Of a stretch of 64,000 bases of DNA, positions 18,559 to 28,286 are shown piece after piece (position 1 is the stretch's first letter; the number at the start of each line of letters is the position of its first letter). The notes beneath the pieces were generated by a model. It was given only the letters and a program-made list of their open reading frames with translations. It ran no database searches and was not told the origin of the DNA. The position numbers and the translations under genes are program-made. The stretch covers positions 256,001 through 320,000 of the forward strand of contig CAVWIH010000014.1 of NCBI GenBank assembly GCA_963755025.1. The letters run 5' to 3'. The stretch comes from an uncultured Actinomycetes bacterium (GTDB lineage Bacteria; Actinomycetota; Thermoleophilia; UBA2241).

Positions 18559-19275
18559 ATGTCCTCCATGACCGACTGCGGGGTGTGTGGCCGGCCGCTG
18601 GTCTACGCGGCCACGGCCGCCGAGCGCACCTGCGATGGCTGCGGAGCGACGCAGACCACCATGATCTGGTGCCCCGCGGGCCATTTCGTGTGCGACGCCT
18701 GCCACGGGGCCACTGCCGCGGAGAGCGTGCGCCGCCTGCTGGCGGCGACGACCTCGCCCGACCCCGGCGCCATCCTCGAACAGCTCATGGCGCTCCCCGG
18801 CCTGCCCATGCACGGCCCCGAGCACCACGCCATCGTACCCGGCGTCATCGTGGCGGCCGCGCGCAACGCCGGCGCGGCAGTGCCCGAGGGCGCCCTCGAG
18901 AGCGCGCTCGCGCGGGGCGCCAAGGTGCCGGGCGGCTGGTGCGGCTACTACGGCGCCTGCGGGGCCGCCCTCGGCGTCGGCGTTGCGGTGAGCGTGCTGA
19001 GCGCGGCGACGCCGCTCACCGGCAGGGAGCGCTCGCTCGCCCTGGGCGCCACCTCGTTTGCCTTGGCGCGCATGGTCGACGACCAGCCGCGCTGCTGCAA
19101 GCGAGCCTCGCGGCTGGCCGTCGAAGCGGCGGTCGAGTACCTGCGCGACCACCTCGACATCGGCCTGCCGGCCGGCGACCGGGCGCGCTGCGCTTCGTCG
19201 GGCCGCAACGCGCAGTGCGCGGGGCCGGCCTGCGCGTTCCACCCACGACACGTCGAGGGCGTGCGCGAGAGCTAG
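18559..19275 (+). CDS. DUF5714-like cysteine-rich protein
   Basis: CxxC ribbons, MHGPEHH, CGYYGACG, PRCCKR. Confidence 0.8.
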   Translation: MSSMTDCGVCGRPLVYAATAAERTCDGCGATQTTMIWCPAGHFVCDACHGATAAESVRRLLAATTSPDPGAILEQLMALPGLPMHGPEHHAIVPGVIVAAARNAGAAVPEGALESALARGAKVPGGWCGYYGACGAALGVGVAVSVLSAATPLTGRERSLALGATSFALARMVDDQPRCCKRASRLAVEAAVEYLRDHLDIGLPAGDRARCASSGRNAQCAGPACAFHPRHVEGVRES

Positions 19276-20108
19276 GCCGCCCTGGTCGAGTCCGACGCGC
19301 TGTCGGCCCGCTTGCGCTCAAGCTCTTCGAAGAACTCCACGAGCACCGGTGCGACGATCTGCGGGTTCACGCTGTGCGTCTGGCCCTCGAGCTCGCGGTA
19401 GCGCGCCCCGGGGATGGCCTGGGCCAGCGCCAGCGCCACGGTGCGCATGGGCGCCGCCGCCGCGCCGCCGTTCATGACGAGCGTCGGCACGGTCAGGGCC
19501 GCGGCTCGCGCGGTGGGCGCCAGACGGTCCTCACCGACGACGCGGTTGTCGTAGGCGAGCGTCGGGGCGATGGCCTTCATGGTCTGCGCCGTGGGGCTGC
19601 CGCGCATCGCGTCGATCTGCTCGGCCGGCACGCCGACCAGCGTCATGAACAGCTCTACGGCGTCGCCCCGGCGGTCGGCGGCCAGGAGCCCGTCGAGCCT
19701 CACCGTGTACTCGCGGCGCTGCTCGGCGGCAGCGGCGTCGGCCACATACGGCGCCTCGTACATGGCCAGGCCCGTCACCTTGCCGGTGAGCTTGAGGGCG
19801 GTCTCAAGGCCCAGCGCCGCGCCCGAGGAATGACCGTACAGGAACGCCGCGCCGCCGACCTCATCCAGGAGGGCATCGATGTCGTCGATCTCGCGGTCGA
19901 CCGCGTAGGGCGGCGTGTCGCCGCTGTCGCCGCGACCGCGACGGTCGTACCCGACGACGCTGAAGCGCTCCGAGAGGAGCGCCGCCAAGGGCGGCATGGG
20001 GCCGAACGCCCGCGAGCTGAGCGCGCCGTAGACAAGGATCACCGGCGGTCCTTCACCAGACCTGTCGTAGGCGATCCGCGTACCGTCGCGCGAAGTCACG
20101 TCCTCCAT
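19272..20108 (-). CDS. alpha/beta fold hydrolase
   Basis: YDRRGRGDS, GHSSG nucleophile elbow, GQTH. Confidence 0.9.
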   Translation of the reverse strand: MEDVTSRDGTRIAYDRSGEGPPVILVYGALSSRAFGPMPPLAALLSERFSVVGYDRRGRGDSGDTPPYAVDREIDDIDALLDEVGGAAFLYGHSSGAALGLETALKLTGKVTGLAMYEAPYVADAAAAEQRREYTVRLDGLLAADRRGDAVELFMTLVGVPAEQIDAMRGSPTAQTMKAIAPTLAYDNRVVGEDRLAPTARAAALTVPTLVMNGGAAAAPMRTVALALAQAIPGARYRELEGQTHSVNPQIVAPVLVEFFEELERKRADSASDSTRAA

Positions 20109-20294
20109 GGCGCCTGCCCTTCTCTCGCTTAGCAGCTGTCGCAGAAGTGGTTTCCGGGCGGCGCGCACCGAAACCATGAGAGCACCTCGTGAGTGAGGAC
20201 GATCGGCGCGGCGCGCGCCGCCGGCGCGTGCGCTGCCGCCGGCAAGTGCGCCACCGCCACGCGCGTGCCTGCCGCGCGTGGCAGGCGCCCGCCG

Positions 20295-21029
20295 TCAGTC
20301 GACGTCGCGGCGGACCGTGAGGGCGGTGCCCACCGCGAATAGCGCGCCCGTCCAGGCGATCAGCACGAGGCCGCCGACGGCCGGCGTCAACAGATGGTTC
20401 GCCGTAAGACCGGTGAGCGCGTTCGAGGCCTGCTCCGGCCCGAAACGGCCGACCGACGGGGCGAAGGCGAACACCAGGTTCTCGACGACGAAGCCCCAGG
20501 CGAGCAAGGCGATCACGCCGGCGACCTGGTTGCGCACGATGGCTCCCAGTCCGACCCCGAGCCCGCCCCACAGGACCACCCCGGCGACCGTGCCGCCCAG
20601 CAGCAGCGCGGTCTGCCCGCCGTTGAAGGCATACGGCACGCCGCGACCCACCAGGATGACGTAGCCGACGCCAAAGCCGAGCAGCTCGCCCACGACGCCG
20701 AAAGCCAGGCCGGTGAGCATGCTGGCGACCAGCTTGGCGCCCAGCACGCGCGACCAGCGCGGCGTGAAGAGAAAGGTCGGCCGTACGGTGCCGTGGCGGT
20801 ACTCGCTCGTCACCGCGAGCAGGCCGGCGAGGGCCGCGAACAGCCCCGCGACCCCGCCGAAGCCCAGCAGGTCGCCCTGCGTGCTCTTGCCGGCGAGGAG
20901 GTCGGCCGAGCTGAGCAGCCCGGTCAGCAAGACGAAGAGCAGCACGAGGGCGATCATGCCGGCCACGAGACCGAGCATGGTGCGGGTCGAGCGGATCTTG
21001 AGGAGCTCTGCTTTCACCTGGGCGTTCAT
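20295..21029 (-). CDS. ABC-2 type transporter permease
   Basis: AELLKIRS..SEYRHGT..RRDV; 6 TM segments. Confidence 0.92.
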   Translation of the reverse strand: MNAQVKAELLKIRSTRTMLGLVAGMIALVLLFVLLTGLLSSADLLAGKSTQGDLLGFGGVAGLFAALAGLLAVTSEYRHGTVRPTFLFTPRWSRVLGAKLVASMLTGLAFGVVGELLGFGVGYVILVGRGVPYAFNGGQTALLLGGTVAGVVLWGGLGVGLGAIVRNQVAGVIALLAWGFVVENLVFAFAPSVGRFGPEQASNALTGLTANHLLTPAVGGLVLIAWTGALFAVGTALTVRRDVD

Positions 21030-21922
21030 GGCTGGACCTCCGCCGTGAGATCGAGAAAGACTTCTTCGAGCGAGGAGCCCTCGGTGACGAGCTCGTGCAG
21101 CGGGATGCCGGCGGCGCAGGCGATGTCGCCGACACGAGCCGCCGCGGCGCCGTGCACGAGCAGGGCGTGCTCGTTGCTGGTCGTGACGGCGATGCCCTCG
21201 CGCTGCAGCGCCTCTGCCAGCCGCGCCTGCTGCGGGCTGCGCACGCGCACCGCGTCGCCGATGCGCGCGGTGAGCTCGTCGAGCGGCGACTCGGCGACGA
21301 GCCGTCCGTGACTCACGATCAGGACCTGATCGACCGTCTGGGCGACCTCGGCCAGCACGTGGCTCGAGACCAGCACCGTGTGGCCCTGTGCCGCGAAGGC
21401 ACGCAGAAAGTCGCGCAGCCAGCGCACGCCCTCGGGGTCGAGGCCGTTGGCGGGCTCGTCAAGCACCAGCAGCTCGGGGTCGCCGAGCAGCGCCGCCGCC
21501 AGGCCCAGCCGCTGACGCATGCCCAACGAGTAGCCCTTGACCCGCCGCCCGGCCGCGTCGTGCAGCTCGACCAGGCGCAGCACCTCGTCGGTGCGCGAAT
21601 CGGGGAGCCCGACGGCGCAGGCCAGCGAGCGCAGGTGGTCGCGGCCCGAGCGTCCGGGGTGAAAGTCGGTGGCCTCGAGCACGGCGCCCACGCGCAGGGG
21701 GGCCCGCTCCAGCTCGGCGTAGGGCTTGCCGAAGATCAACGCCCGCCCACTGGTGGGCGCCGCCAGACCGAGCAGCATGCGCAAGGTCGTCGTCTTGCCG
21801 GCGCCGTTGGGCCCGAGAAAGCCGGTGATGGTGCCGGCTTCGAGGGCGAACGAAAGGTCGTCGACCGCGGTCAGACGACCGAACCGCTTGGTCAGCGACT
21901 CAGCTACGACAACTGGGGCCAC
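21026..21922 (-). CDS. ABC transporter ATP-binding protein
   Basis: GPNGAGKTT, YSLGMRQR, LDEPANGLDP. Confidence 0.95.
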   Translation of the reverse strand: MAPVVVAESLTKRFGRLTAVDDLSFALEAGTITGFLGPNGAGKTTTLRMLLGLAAPTSGRALIFGKPYAELERAPLRVGAVLEATDFHPGRSGRDHLRSLACAVGLPDSRTDEVLRLVELHDAAGRRVKGYSLGMRQRLGLAAALLGDPELLVLDEPANGLDPEGVRWLRDFLRAFAAQGHTVLVSSHVLAEVAQTVDQVLIVSHGRLVAESPLDELTARIGDAVRVRSPQQARLAEALQREGIAVTTSNEHALLVHGAAAARVGDIACAAGIPLHELVTEGSSLEEVFLDLTAEVQP

Positions 21923-21966
21923 GTGGTCACCGCCATTTCCTTCGCTACAGAGGTCGATGGGACGAA

Positions 21967-22617
21967 TCAGAGGCCGAGCAGGCGGCCGCGCGCCGCAGCG
22001 CGGTCGACTCCAAGACCGGCAAACAGCTCGGCCGCGGGATCGGGAGGCTCGAGCTCGAGAAGCGCGGCCAGCACGTGCTGCGGGCCGAGGTGCCGGCCGC
22101 CGACGCGGCGCATCTCTTTGCTGGAGTCGCGCAGGAGAGCCTTGGCCGCGGGCGTGAGCGGCAGGCGGCCCTCCAGGACGTCTTTGAACTTGGGCCGCCG
22201 CGCGCGGCCGGCGGGCGGAGCGTCGGCGGGCGGGACGTCGGCGGGCGGGGCGTCGGCGGGCGGGGCGTCGGCGGGCGGGGCGTCGCTGAGCGGCGCTTCG
22301 CCGGGCAGCGTTCCCGCAGCCTGCCCGGGTGTGTCGGAGGCGAGCGCGAACGGCGCGGCGCCGGTGAGCACGACGCCCACGGCGCCCAGGGCGTCGCGGT
22401 CGAGCGCCTCGAGCTGCGCCCTGGCGCTCGCCAGGTCGGCGCCGAGCGCGCCCGCCAGGGCCGGCTCCATAAGCAGGGCCAGCACGAGATGCTCGGTGCC
22501 GACCTTGTGGTCGCCGCGACGCCGCGCCTCGTGGCGCGCGGCTATGTACGTGGTCCAGGGGTGATAGTCGTCGGCGGGCGGGCGATTGCGGCGGGTGTGC
22601 TCGATCACGGGGCTCAC
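21967..22617 (-). CDS. Clp protease N-terminal domain-only protein
   Basis: Two ClpN repeats (ARHEARRRGDHKVGTEHLVLAL; LTPAAKALL..LGPQHVLAAL) joined by a Pro/Ala linker; no ATPase domain. Confidence 0.82.
   Translation of the reverse strand: MSPVIEHTRRNRPPADDYHPWTTYIAARHEARRRGDHKVGTEHLVLALLMEPALAGALGADLASARAQLEALDRDALGAVGVVLTGAAPFALASDTPGQAAGTLPGEAPLSDAPPADAPPADAPPADVPPADAPPAGRARRPKFKDVLEGRLPLTPAAKALLRDSSKEMRRVGGRHLGPQHVLAALLELEPPDPAAELFAGLGVDRAAARGRLLGL
22210..22284. repeat. 5 x 15-bp coding tandem repeat (DAPPA linker)
   Basis: Unit GGCGGGCGGGGCGTC. Confidence 0.85.
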
Positions 22618-22817
22618 TTGCCGTACTTCGCGTGCACCGACTGGCGCGTGACGCCCAGGGCGTCGCCGATCTCCTGCCACGTCCAGCCCTGGCGCCGGGC
22701 CACGGCGACGCGCTCGGCCTCGAGGCGCTCGGCCAGGCGGCGCAGGGCGAGCACCGCGCGCAGGCCCTTGGCCGGGTCGTCGGGCGATCCGTCGATCGGA
22801 GGCAGGTCGTCGTCCAC
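22614..22817 (-). CDS. small HTH DNA-binding protein (ClpC2 N-domain-like)
   Basis: VAVARRQGWTWQEIGDALGVTRQSVHAKY; GTGA overlap with the ClpN gene. Confidence 0.82.
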   Translation of the reverse strand: MDDDLPPIDGSPDDPAKGLRAVLALRRLAERLEAERVAVARRQGWTWQEIGDALGVTRQSVHAKYGK

Positions 22818-22820
22818 GCT

Positions 22821-22865
22821 TGTCAATCTACATTGACGAAGGAGGGCTGTCAAACGAGATTGACA
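22821..22865. promoter_or_regulatory. tandem TGTCAA-N6-TTGAC(A) operators
   Basis: TGTCAATCTACATTGACG (22821-22838) and TGTCAAACGAGATTGACA (22848-22865) directly upstream of the HTH gene. Confidence 0.75.
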
Positions 22866-22950
22866 CCTGAGGAGCAACGCCTGCACCGGCGCGACAGCGG
22901 CCGGGTCGCGCTGTATCGTGTCGTCCATGAAGAGAAGGCGCGGCGAGAAC

Positions 22951-23547
22951 ATGCGATCGGAGCCGGCCGGCACCGATCGCCACAGGGTGATCGTCGCCGT
23001 GGCGCTGGCCGTGGCGTTCGGCGCGACGATGTCGGTCGTCAAGGGCAACGGCAGCGGCGTGCGCGACGCCGTGGGCAACGTCAGCGCACCCTGGGTGCTG
23101 CTGCCGTTCTTCGCCGGGGCCTTCGCAGGCCGGCGGAGCGTCGGCCGTGCCGCGGTCGTCGGCTGCGCCGTATCGCTCGCCGCGCTCGCCGGCTTTTACG
23201 TGGCGAATGCCTTCGTGCTCGACTTCGGGCCGCACCCGTGGCTGCACGATCTTCGCCTGGCGGTGCTGAGCGGCCGGCTCTACTTCGAGTACGGCGTCGT
23301 GAGCGGACCGCTCTTCGGGGCGCTCGGCGGCTGGTGGCAGCGACGGCGCGCCACGCTGGTCGGCGTACTGGTGACCGCGCTCCTGCTCTTCGAACCGCTG
23401 GCCTGGCTTGCTTATGCGCACGCGCACCACATGCCGGCGTCGACGCTCGCCTATTTCGCCAACCCCGTCGTGTGGGGCCTCGAGGTCGCGGCCGGCATCG
23501 CGGCCTGCACGGTGGCGGCCACGGTGGCGCGGCCGGCCGAGCCGTAA
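22951..23547 (+). CDS. membrane protein (DUF6518-like)
   Basis: GNVSAPWVLLPF..GPLFGALG..LLFEP; about 5 TM segments. Confidence 0.65.
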   Translation: MRSEPAGTDRHRVIVAVALAVAFGATMSVVKGNGSGVRDAVGNVSAPWVLLPFFAGAFAGRRSVGRAAVVGCAVSLAALAGFYVANAFVLDFGPHPWLHDLRLAVLSGRLYFEYGVVSGPLFGALGGWWQRRRATLVGVLVTALLLFEPLAWLAYAHAHHMPASTLAYFANPVVWGLEVAAGIAACTVAATVARPAEP

Positions 23548-23579
23548 CGCCCGGGGAGCCGCTCGCCGGGCGCGTCTCG

Positions 23580-26500
23580 TCAGAGCGCCGCAGCGACCCC
23601 GGCGCCCTGCGAGAAGCAGACGCAGCGGTCGCGTCCGCCGCGCTTGGCGCTGTACATGGCGCGCTCGGCGCGGTCGAGGAGCGCCTCTTTGGTGCGGCCG
23701 TCGTGCGGCAAGGTGACCACGCCGACGCTCACCGTGAGCGCCTGCCCGTCGGGCCTCAGCCGCGCCCCGGCGATCGTCGTCCGCAGGCGCTCCGCCACCT
23801 CGAGGGCGCCCTCGCGGCCGGTGCCGGCCAGCACGATGGCGAACTCGTCGCCACCGTAGCGCGCAGCCAGGTCGGTCTGGCGGATGGCGTGGCTCGCGAT
23901 GTCGGCCACCCGCTTGAGCACCTCGTCGCCCTCGGCGTGACCGAAGCGGTCGTTCAGCTCCTTGAACTGGTCGATGTCGAAGAACAGCAACGACAACTCC
24001 ACGTTGTCGCCCAGGGCGGCCCACACGCGGTCGGTGAGCTCCTGCTGCAGGTGGCGGTGATTGTAGAGGCCGGTGAGGGCGTCGGTCATGGCGTCGATCT
24101 CGGCGCGCGTGAAGCGCTCCGCCGCGGAGCGTGTGAGCTCGGCGAAGGCAGCGGCGGCGTCGCTGCGCAGGCCGGAGAACGGCATCGCTTCGGCCGGCGC
24201 CATCCTGGCGCCGACGAGGCCGACGATCGCGCCGTCCACACCGCGGATGGCGGCCACGCCGGAGACCCACATGCCGTCTCCGTCGACCAGGATCACGTTG
24301 GAGTGCGGCGTGCGGTCGGCCAGGACGTCGAGCTCTTCGTCTTCAGCGAAGACGACCTTGCCGGTGAGCAGGGCGGCCTCGGAGTCGGGACCGGAATCGA
24401 CGACGACCAGGCAGCGCTGCTCGTCGACGGGCGCCTCGGTCACCAGGGTCTTCACCTGCGGGTGCGCCGCCAGCACGTCGCGTAGCGCATCGCGGACGCG
24501 CGCATACGCGGCGGTCCGGGCATGGTCGGCGCCGGCCGCCTGGAGCAGCAGCGCGTGGTCGCAAGGGTCGATCCGCGCGGCCGCCGCGGAGGCGGCGGCG
24601 CGCGTCACCACAGCGGCCGCCTGGAGCCTGCCCAGGACGCGGGCGAAGGCGGCCGTCATGTCGGCGTCGAACTGCTTGCCTTGGCACCGCGCCAGCTCGG
24701 CGAGACACTCGTCGTAGCTGAGGGCGGGCCGGTACGTGCGCTTGGAAGACATGGCGTCGTAACTGTCGACCACGCAGAGCAGGCGGGCTGTCTTGGGAAT
24801 GGCCGTGCCGGCGAGCCCGTCGGGGTAGCCGCTGCCGTCGTAGCGCTCGTGGTGATGGCGGATGCCGGCGACCAGCTCGCCCTCCAGGAGCGGCGCGACG
24901 ATCTCGGCGCTGACCACCGGGTGCTGCCGCATGAGCGCCCACTCCTCGGCGGTCAGGATGCCCGGCTTGAGCAGGATGCGGTCTGACACGGCGATCTTGC
25001 CGATGTCGTGCAGGTAGGCGATCTCTTCGATCTCCTGGATGGCGGCGCGCGACCAGCCGAGCTCCATCGCCAGCAGGACAGCGTAGGCGGCCACCCGGGC
25101 GGAGTGACCGATGGTGTAGTGGTCTTTGGCGCTGAGCGCCGAGCTCAGGGCCTTGAGGTTGCCCAGGTGCAGCCGCCTGATGCTGTCGAACAACCCCGCG
25201 TTCTTGACGGCCAGCGAGAGATGCGCGCTCAAACCTTCGAGAAGGCGCAGATCGCGCACCGAGAACGAGCCGTCCCTCGTCCTGCTCAGCACCAGCGCCC
25301 CGATCAGCTCGCGGTCGTCGAGCAGGCCGACTACGACCGCCGAGCGCAGGCCCTCGACGACCGGGTGCCCGGCGGCCAGCGGCAGATCGTCGGGCAGGCT
25401 GAGGGCCACGACCCGGTCGCGCCGCAAGGCCGCCAGGAACCGCCGGTCGATGCCGGCGATGGGGGTGTGGTGCAGCCGACTGGGGTTCTCGGTCGTGAAG
25501 GCGGCGTGCAGGGCGCCGTCGCTTTCCGCCAGGAGCAGGCCGGCGCGGTCGAACTCGATGAGGCCGGCGACGCTGTCTGTCACGGCGGCGGCGATCTCGG
25601 GCACGTTCAAGCTGGCTGAGGCGGCGCGGGCGATGTCGTTGAGCAGTTCGGTCTCGAGGGTCCGCAGCCGAAGGCTGTCGAACTGGCGCGCGTTGTGCAG
25701 GGCGATGGCTGCCTGCTCGCTCAGGCCGCGCAGGAGCGCGAGCTCGCCCGACGTGAACGCACGCTCGCGCTCGGTCTCGATCAGCACGAGGACGCCCAGC
25801 GGCTCGTCGCCGAAGTAGAGCGGGACGTTGACGCAGGTCTTCTCGCCCCACCGCTCCATGGAGTCGCGCACCTCGCGCGAGAGCTCGGCGTCGCCGAGCG
25901 TCTCCACGGTGATCAGGCGACCCTCGAGCAGCGCCCGGTCAGAGGGCGAGTCGGCGAGCGAGCACGACTTGCCCAGGTCCTGGTAGCCGGTCGGTCGTCT
26001 CTGATAGAGCGCCTTGGAGGTGAGCGCGTCGGCGCCCGCGTCGTAGTCGTAGATGATGCACTCGGCCGCGCCCAGGGCCCCGGCGACGCCGCTTGCGATG
26101 GTGGGCAGCAGCTCGTCGGGAGCGCCCACGGCGGTGATCGCGCGACCGACCTCGAGCAGCGCCGTCAGGCGGTGCGCGTGCTCCTCTTGCCGGCGGTACA
26201 GGCGGGCGTTGTGGATGGCGACGGCGGCCTGCTTGCCGAGCGCCTCGAGGGCCCCCACCTCGGCCGCGCTGAAGCGCCGCTCGGCGACCGTCTCGATCAC
26301 GACGAGCAGCCCCATGGGCTCGTCGCCAAAGCGCAGCGGCACGGTGAGGCAGGTCTTCTCGCCGCAGGCCTCCATCGACGCGTGGCTGGCCGGGTGGATG
26401 TGTGGGTCGGAGATGTGCTCGAGCACCGAGCGGCCGTCGAACAGCAGGGCGGCCTCGGCCGGCCTCTCGCGGAGCGGCACCGGCTCGCTCGTCGCATACT

Positions 26501-28019
26501 CGGGGTGCTCACAGACGATGGCGCGCGCTATGAGCGCCTCGAGCACCGGGTCGTACTCCCAGATCACGCACTCCGGTGAGCCCAGCATCTGCCCTGCGGA
26601 GTGCGCCACCTGATCGAGCACCTCCTCGAGCACGACCGACGCCGAGACGGCCTGCGTGGCTTCGAGCAGGCCGGCGAGGCTCCGGGAGCGCTCGCTCAGG
26701 TCGCGATTCGTGCGGTCGAGACGTTCGAGCAGCCGCGCCTTGTCGCACGAGCCGCCGACGAGCTGGCCCACGCGGCGGAGAAAGTCGAGCGACTCGGCGA
26801 AGTCGCGCGGCCGGTCGTCGAAGAGCTCGACCAGGCCGACCACCTCGTCGCCGGAGAGCAGCGGCACGCAGACCTCGCTCTGGAAGCCGCACCTCTCGTA
26901 GACGACGAGGTCGGCGGCGGTGAGCAGGGGGTCGCCGGGGCCGGCCACGACGACGATCTCCTTGGAGCGCACCGCCCGGGCGTTCGGGCCGTAGCGTTCG
27001 ACATCGAGGGCCTCGCCGACCGGGTCGTCTGCCGACGCCTCGCGGTCCCGGCTCACCAGACAGGTCAGCCGCCGGCCGCCGTCGAGCGTGAAGATGTCGC
27101 AATCGGCCGCGCCGGTCACCGCGAGCAGCCGGTCGGCCACGCCGGCCAGGAAGGTGTCGAGGTCGAGTGTCTGCGAGGCAAGCTCGCCCATCTCGGCAAG
27201 CTCGCGCATCTCGGCGGCGTGCCGATCGACCTGGTCGAGCAGCAACGCGGTCTCGAGGGCGCCGGCCACCATCTGCGCGACGTTCGTCGTCATGTTGATG
27301 ATCTCGGCGTAGTCGCGCGGCTTGTCGTCGTGTATGTCGATGGCGCCCACAACGTGGCCGCGGTTGGCTAAGGGGATCCAGAGCTCGCTCGCCAGGCCCT
27401 GCCGGATGAGCTGGCCGCGCTCGTAGTCGGTCAGCCGCGGATCGTCGGGGCTGGCGATCACGAGCACCTCGCGGCGCGCGAGCGCGTCGGCGCAGAGCGG
27501 GTAGTCGGCCAGCGACACCGGCGTATCGAGACTGAGCTCGTCGTACCCGGCGGCGTCGAACGAAGCGGCGTAGAGCAGGCGCGGGCCGTCGCCCACGAAG
27601 ATGGCGCATTCGCGCACGCCGAGCAGGCTCTTCAGGCGCTCGGCGACGGTCTGCGCGAACCGGGTGACGTCTTGCCGGCAGGTGATCGTGCCCGCCAGGC
27701 CAAGCAGCTCCGTGAGGACCTGGGTGCGCCGCTCGGTGTCGAGCCGGCGGCGCGCGCGTCCGCCGGGTCGCCGGCCGTCGCCGTCGGCGACGTCGGCCGC
27801 CTCGGGCCGGCGGCGGTCGCGGCGGGCCGACCCGTTCAGCAGAAGGTCGATGTCGGCGCTACGAAAGCGCCGCTGCCCCCCTGCCGTGCGGTAGCAGGCG
27901 AGGCGGCCGGTGTCGCACCAGCGGCGCACGGTGCTCGCGCTCACGCCGAGCAGCTCGGCCGTCACGGCCAGACGCAACCAGTGCTCGCGCGTGCCCGTGG
28001 CCGTGAGAGGTTCTTCCAT
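23580..28019 (-). CDS. HTH_17-5xGAF-HD-GYP-GGDEF signalling protein (about 1479 aa)
   Basis: AELLGVSASTVRRW..RTAGGQRRF HTH; five GAF repeats; YLHDIGK and HHERYDGSGYP; RQTD I-site and YGGDEF. Confidence 0.9.
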   Translation of the reverse strand: MEEPLTATGTREHWLRLAVTAELLGVSASTVRRWCDTGRLACYRTAGGQRRFRSADIDLLLNGSARRDRRRPEAADVADGDGRRPGGRARRRLDTERRTQVLTELLGLAGTITCRQDVTRFAQTVAERLKSLLGVRECAIFVGDGPRLLYAASFDAAGYDELSLDTPVSLADYPLCADALARREVLVIASPDDPRLTDYERGQLIRQGLASELWIPLANRGHVVGAIDIHDDKPRDYAEIINMTTNVAQMVAGALETALLLDQVDRHAAEMRELAEMGELASQTLDLDTFLAGVADRLLAVTGAADCDIFTLDGGRRLTCLVSRDREASADDPVGEALDVERYGPNARAVRSKEIVVVAGPGDPLLTAADLVVYERCGFQSEVCVPLLSGDEVVGLVELFDDRPRDFAESLDFLRRVGQLVGGSCDKARLLERLDRTNRDLSERSRSLAGLLEATQAVSASVVLEEVLDQVAHSAGQMLGSPECVIWEYDPVLEALIARAIVCEHPEYATSEPVPLRERPAEAALLFDGRSVLEHISDPHIHPASHASMEACGEKTCLTVPLRFGDEPMGLLVVIETVAERRFSAAEVGALEALGKQAAVAIHNARLYRRQEEHAHRLTALLEVGRAITAVGAPDELLPTIASGVAGALGAAECIIYDYDAGADALTSKALYQRRPTGYQDLGKSCSLADSPSDRALLEGRLITVETLGDAELSREVRDSMERWGEKTCVNVPLYFGDEPLGVLVLIETERERAFTSGELALLRGLSEQAAIALHNARQFDSLRLRTLETELLNDIARAASASLNVPEIAAAVTDSVAGLIEFDRAGLLLAESDGALHAAFTTENPSRLHHTPIAGIDRRFLAALRRDRVVALSLPDDLPLAAGHPVVEGLRSAVVVGLLDDRELIGALVLSRTRDGSFSVRDLRLLEGLSAHLSLAVKNAGLFDSIRRLHLGNLKALSSALSAKDHYTIGHSARVAAYAVLLAMELGWSRAAIQEIEEIAYLHDIGKIAVSDRILLKPGILTAEEWALMRQHPVVSAEIVAPLLEGELVAGIRHHHERYDGSGYPDGLAGTAIPKTARLLCVVDSYDAMSSKRTYRPALSYDECLAELARCQGKQFDADMTAAFARVLGRLQAAAVVTRAAASAAAARIDPCDHALLLQAAGADHARTAAYARVRDALRDVLAAHPQVKTLVTEAPVDEQRCLVVVDSGPDSEAALLTGKVVFAEDEELDVLADRTPHSNVILVDGDGMWVSGVAAIRGVDGAIVGLVGARMAPAEAMPFSGLRSDAAAAFAELTRSAAERFTRAEIDAMTDALTGLYNHRHLQQELTDRVWAALGDNVELSLLFFDIDQFKELNDRFGHAEGDEVLKRVADIASHAIRQTDLAARYGGDEFAIVLAGTGREGALEVAERLRTTIAGARLRPDGQALTVSVGVVTLPHDGRTKEALLDRAERAMYSAKRGGRDRCVCFSQGAGVAAAL

Positions 28020-28164
28020 CGTACTGGGGAGCATCGGAGCAGGAGGCCGCGAACTTAAGCAACTCCACCATTCCGAACTCGCGGGGCGTCTTAGGGCGCT
28101 GCGCCGACGGCCGGATGCCTTACGGCCTGGGCCAGGGTGAGTACCGGAGGGCTGCCACGACGTA

Positions 28165-28286
28165 GAGACGGCGAACAGGACCAGCGCGCCCAGAAAGGTG
28201 CGCAGGGCGGCGAACGTGAACGGCTGCGAGTAGCGCAGCCCGACCTTCATGACCACCCAGTTGTAGCCCCAGACCAGCGCCAGGAC
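28165..28286 (-). pseudogene. EamA/DMT transporter N-terminal remnant
   Basis: VLALVWGYNWVVMKVGLRYSQPFTFAALRTFLGALVLF; no start codon and no continuation. Confidence 0.6.

Noticed and set aside
27860-28000. Excisionase-like HTH as evidence of a prophage or integrative element
   Set aside because: It is fused to a signalling protein; no integrase, att repeats or phage genes in the window
28020-28140. c-di-GMP riboswitch upstream of the GGDEF/HD-GYP gene
   Set aside because: No GEMM consensus (GCAAA, GNRA loop and receptor) visible on either strand
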